From: a bacterium
GTDB lineage: Bacteria; Patescibacteriota; Microgenomatia; Levybacterales; UBA12049
Length of the DNA stretch: 46,267 nucleotides
NCBI GenBank assembly: GCA_021813145.1
Contig: JAKALS010000002.1
Coordinates: 101,595 to 147,861 of the forward strand
Direction: 5' to 3'
Part shown: one piece after another, positions 43,203 through 46,267 of the stretch
How positions within the stretch are numbered: position 1 is the first letter of the stretch
Layout: every line of letters starts with the position of its first letter
Program-made: the position numbers and the translations under genes
The notes under the pieces: generated by a model
What the model was told of the DNA's origin: nothing
Database searches by the model: none
What the model saw: the letters and a program-made list of their open reading frames with translations, nothing else

Positions 43203-44659
43203 GGTTTTTCGTGCAGGTTAAAAAGAATATAATCTTTTGTCGCCGACACTATTTTATAGGTCTTTCCTATATTATAGTCCGGGGGCTTTGGATTTACCAA
43301 GACGAGATAATCCGCTCCCATTTGAATTAGCTGCGGTAAGGGTTTTTCAAAGCTTGCCCAACCGTTTCTTTGTGTCTGATACAAAAAGGAAGTATCTCCG
43401 TCGTAAGGGGCTATAACTTTTGCGTTTTTGGGAGTAAGTTTATTTACAGCCTGTCCCGCAACAATTATAGAAGGATTATTAATGTCAAAATAAAATCTTA
43501 TCTGATTCCAGCCTACCGCAAGCCCTAAAACCGTTAACAGTAAGAATACAAAAACACCAAGATATTTTTTCATCTTCTCTCCTCTTCTTATTATTTCTTC
43601 TCCCCCAAGTCCCAAAAGAATTGCAACTGCGGGTATTACGAGTATCTGGTAATAATCATGCTGGACATTTCCGGTTGCGATAACAGACACATAAATAATT
43701 GCCGATAACGCAAACGAACCTGCGAAAAATAGATCTTCCCTTTTATATTTCCTGATAAAAGAAGCGAGAAAAACAGGAACTGCGAAGATTCCGAGAATCA
43801 AAAGGGTAAGCCTCTGGTATCCAAGCCAATAAAAAAATGAAGGCCTGAACCTTATACCGTTTCCGTTAAAAAGCCACGAGTTTGCGGGAATACCCTGCGG
43901 ATACTGCTGCATCCAAAGCCTCCAGGCAAGAAGGGGTGCGAAAGAAATTATTAAATAAAGCCAAAGCTGCCATTTTAATACAAATTTCCAGCCGAATTTT
44001 TCAAATGCCAGATAAACAATTGGTAGGGCAAAAAACGCCGCATAAGGCTTTAATAAAAGCGCCGCAATCATAAATACCAACGAGGCAATAAATCTTAAAT
44101 CATAAATCCTAAATCTTAAATCTTCCCTCAGCCATTTATCGAAGAAATAGATAGATCCAAGCGTTGCCATGACCATGGAGGGATCGGGAAGAATGGTTCT
44201 TGAGTAGTAAATGTTAAAAGGAATAAAAATAAAAAAGAAAGCACTTAAAAGCCCCGCAAGACTCCCGAACCTCTTTTTTATTATCAGGTACAAAAATACC
44301 GAAGACAAAAGCGAAGAAAAAATAGTTACAAGTCTTCCCCATTCTTCTATTGTCAAAACTCCGAAAAGCTTAAAAAAGCCTGCCTGCAAAACATTGTATA
44401 TGGGAAATTCAACAAACCTATACCCTTGCGGATTATCGAGGCCAGAGGCAACGTTTGACAGGTCTTCAAACCTCGGATGCAAAATATCGAAGCCGTTATT
44501 AGCGAAATTTCTGGAAACTGCCGAAGTATCCGCCTGCCTCCATGAATGCCAGTCGGCAATAGGGCCGTTAAACCTGTAAAGTCTTACCGCAAATCCTAAA
44601 ATAACAAACAAAATAAGAAGAGGAATTTCCCACTTTAATAATTTTTTACTTAACTGCAT
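43199..44659 (-). CDS. GT-C fold glycosyltransferase (ArnT/PMT_2-like)
   Basis: DWHSWRQADT..V.RNF, EFPIYN, YYSRTILPDP, LLKP, HDYYQ; about 12 TM. Start taken at ATG 44659 (MQLSKK) to minimise overlap. Confidence 0.85.
   Translation of the reverse strand: MQLSKKLLKWEIPLLILFVILGFAVRLYRFNGPIADWHSWRQADTSAVSRNFANNGFDILHPRFEDLSNVASGLDNPQGYRFVEFPIYNVLQAGFFKLFGVLTIEEWGRLVTIFSSLLSSVFLYLIIKKRFGSLAGLLSAFFFIFIPFNIYYSRTILPDPSMVMATLGSIYFFDKWLREDLRFRIYDLRFIASLVFMIAALLLKPYAAFFALPIVYLAFEKFGWKFVLKWQLWLYLIISFAPLLAWRLWMQQYPQGIPANSWLFNGNGIRFRPSFFYWLGYQRLTLLILGIFAVPVFLASFIRKYKREDLFFAGSFALSAIIYVSVIATGNVQHDYYQILVIPAVAILLGLGGEEIIRRGEKMKKYLGVFVFLLLTVLGLAVGWNQIRFYFDINNPSIIVAGQAVNKLTPKNAKVIAPYDGDTSFLYQTQRNGWASFEKPLPQLIQMGADYLVLVNPKPPDYNIGKTYKIVSATKDYILFNLHEKP
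44089..44123. repeat. Heptamer tandem repeat (TAAATCN)x5 inside the GT-C gene
   Basis: TAAATCT TAAATCA TAAATCC TAAATCT TAAATCT; translated as DLRFRIYDLRF. Confidence 0.9.
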
Positions 44660-46267
44660 AAATGTCGTCGTTTTTGTCAAAGGCAAAAACAAAGGTTTTT
44701 CCTTTAGGACCCGTCTTTAACGTATTATACGCATCCTGCATGGAGTTGAGATAATAAACCCTTTGGGTGTCATCTCTGTAAATAAACCATATTCCGTCGG
44801 GAAGCCCTACCGGAAATATCCAGGCGTTGGCTTTTCTTATCGGCCTGTTGACAAAGTAAAAGCCTGCATTGGGATGGTTTCCGTCGTAATAAAGCCTAAG
44901 GTAGGCAAGGGTTCTGTTTGTTATTCTTCCCGCTTCATGCCACTCCGCATTTTCGGCGTTTATCTGGAGATAGTACCAACCCCCTATTAAGGCGGTTAAC
45001 CCCACGAGAAGATAAATCTTAAAGTTCTCTTTCCTAACAAGAAGAATAACTTTGCTGAGTATAAGAGTTACAAGAAGAGCAAACCCCAAAGATGCAAGAT
45101 AGCCGTACCTTTCCGCAATATTCCCGAGTCCCAAAAACGGTACAAGGCTTACAAAGATGAACAATAAGCTAAACACGGCAAGTCTTACGCTTTCGTTTTT
45201 CCTCCAGGAGTCCACCCTCTTTTTATTAACAAAAAGAACGGCGGCAAGAACTATAAGCGCAAAAAATATAAATACAGACACGTACAAAATGTCTCCCTTT
45301 AAGAGTTCCCTTGCTCTTGTATAGTAAGGAAGGAAAGGCTCGCCGGCTATAAAAAGCCCCATGTATCCCAGATAGTTGCCGATAAAGTTAGGGATAAGAT
45401 GAGGAATGCTGTATGAATAGTCTCCTCCGGGAGAAACCGTATTCGTAAACTGTCTGACAAACGGATACAAAGCGGTAATAAGCGCAAAAGGAATATAGCC
45501 TAACAGCACTTTTCTATTTGTAAGTTTTACTTTACTTATAAAGAAGTCGAAAAGTATTAACAAAGGAAGAATAACAACCGCTCCCTCGTAAGACAAAAGC
45601 GCAAGTACGGCAAAAACAAAGGCAAGCGGATACCAAAGATAAGGTTTTGCGCTTCTTAAATTCTGCCAGAATATAAGAGCGTAAACTATAAAAAGAGTGG
45701 AAAGGTTCGTAGAAATAGTCGAAATCCAGAAAACATCTTCACCCTGCGAGGGAAGGAACATGAATACAAAAGCTCCGATAAACGAAAGCAGTTTGTTCTT
45801 AAAGAGCCTCTGGACGATTATATAAACTCCTATGCCTATCATAAAGTGGATTAAAAGCATGAATAAGTGGTAACCGTTCGGCCCGAAAGAAAAAACGGTA
45901 TAGAGGAAATACATGACAATTTTATCCAAAGGTCTGTAGAAAAAGCCCTGCGAATCTACAAAAATTTTCGGCAAGTCGGGAAGGTTTGTTGTCGCAGCCC
46001 ATTTAAGCCACGTAAAATCGTCAGCTACAAAAAAGTTAGCTACGGAATTTAGGAAAAATATCAAAAACAGGAAGAAAAGATAAAATCCCATAAAGAAATG
46101 CGAAGTCAAAACCCTTTTTATGTATTTTTTATACTGGTAGTCTTTTCTGTAAAGAAAGGCAATTCCTGTGGCAATACCCAAAAGTATCCAAAGAGTTTCG
46201 GCAACTTTTGATGCCTCAAATACGTCTATAAGGGTAGCGTTCATAAATAGTCCTATTACTCCGCCGG
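44646..46267 (-). CDS. Large polytopic membrane protein, 5'-partial, with a GT-C-like DD...YRPL domain
   Basis: Frame is open to the right edge (GGVIGLFMNATLIDVFEASKVA...); FVADDFTWL, FYRPL, ALLSYE, ERYGYLAS motifs; many TMs. Confidence 0.8.
   Translation of the reverse strand, partial: GGVIGLFMNATLIDVFEASKVAETLWILLGIATGIAFLYRKDYQYKKYIKRVLTSHFFMGFYLFFLFLIFFLNSVANFFVADDFTWLKWAATTNLPDLPKIFVDSQGFFYRPLDKIVMYFLYTVFSFGPNGYHLFMLLIHFMIGIGVYIIVQRLFKNKLLSFIGAFVFMFLPSQGEDVFWISTISTNLSTLFIVYALIFWQNLRSAKPYLWYPLAFVFAVLALLSYEGAVVILPLLILFDFFISKVKLTNRKVLLGYIPFALITALYPFVRQFTNTVSPGGDYSYSIPHLIPNFIGNYLGYMGLFIAGEPFLPYYTRARELLKGDILYVSVFIFFALIVLAAVLFVNKKRVDSWRKNESVRLAVFSLLFIFVSLVPFLGLGNIAERYGYLASLGFALLVTLILSKVILLVRKENFKIYLLVGLTALIGGWYYLQINAENAEWHEAGRITNRTLAYLRLYYDGNHPNAGFYFVNRPIRKANAWIFPVGLPDGIWFIYRDDTQRVYYLNSMQDAYNTLKTGPKGKTFVFAFDKNDDIYAVK

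Noticed and set aside
1920-46052. Numerous short plus-strand and nested ORFs in the track (e.g. 12986-13447, 22313-22903, 11831-12103)
   Set aside because: They are antisense or off-frame shadows of well-supported genes, with no motifs or initiation signals.
1-46267. Alternative genetic code (TGA as Gly, code 25) seen in some CPR lineages
   Set aside because: TGA ends several conserved genes at their expected C-termini (murA, murE, ftsL, GT4s), often in ATGA overlaps, and conserved ORFs are uninterrupted under code 11.

Overview
AT-rich bacterial chromosome segment with the gene style of a Patescibacteria/CPR genome, probably Microgenomatia (inference). It uses genetic code 11, and most genes are on the minus strand. 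Left to right: partial rplU, rodA and a type-2 ileS; a small accessory island (His-motif membrane protein, secreted protein, a four-gene operon of Ser/Thr/Pro-rich membrane protein + GH8 glucanase + PilZ-less cellulose-synthase-like GT2 + GT-C transferase, rluB, a secreted Gly/Asn-rich two-Cys peptide, a double-HTH protein); an extended dcw cluster (mraZ-rsmH-ftsL-ftsI-murF-[DUF192]-murE-murC-murA-two GlmU-like genes-glmS-mraY-ftsW-murG-ftsQ-ftsA-ftsZ); glyQS and recO; and a surface-glycan locus that runs off the right edge. I found no tRNA, rRNA, CRISPR array or mobile element. Main observations: (1) both aminoacyl-tRNA synthetase genes are preceded by an unannotated leaderless mini-ORF that has the cognate amino acid at codon 3, contains a hairpin and overlaps the synthetase start, a candidate ribosome-sensing control in place of T-boxes; (2) a minimal cellulose-synthase-like operon without BcsB, BcsC or PilZ, near a candidate amyloid-like peptide; (3) pervasive leaderless promoter architecture; (4) degenerate 7-bp tandem repeats embedded in frame in many conserved enzymes; (5) a GVHH-type IleRS2. 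All calls come from reading motifs by eye; no searches were run.
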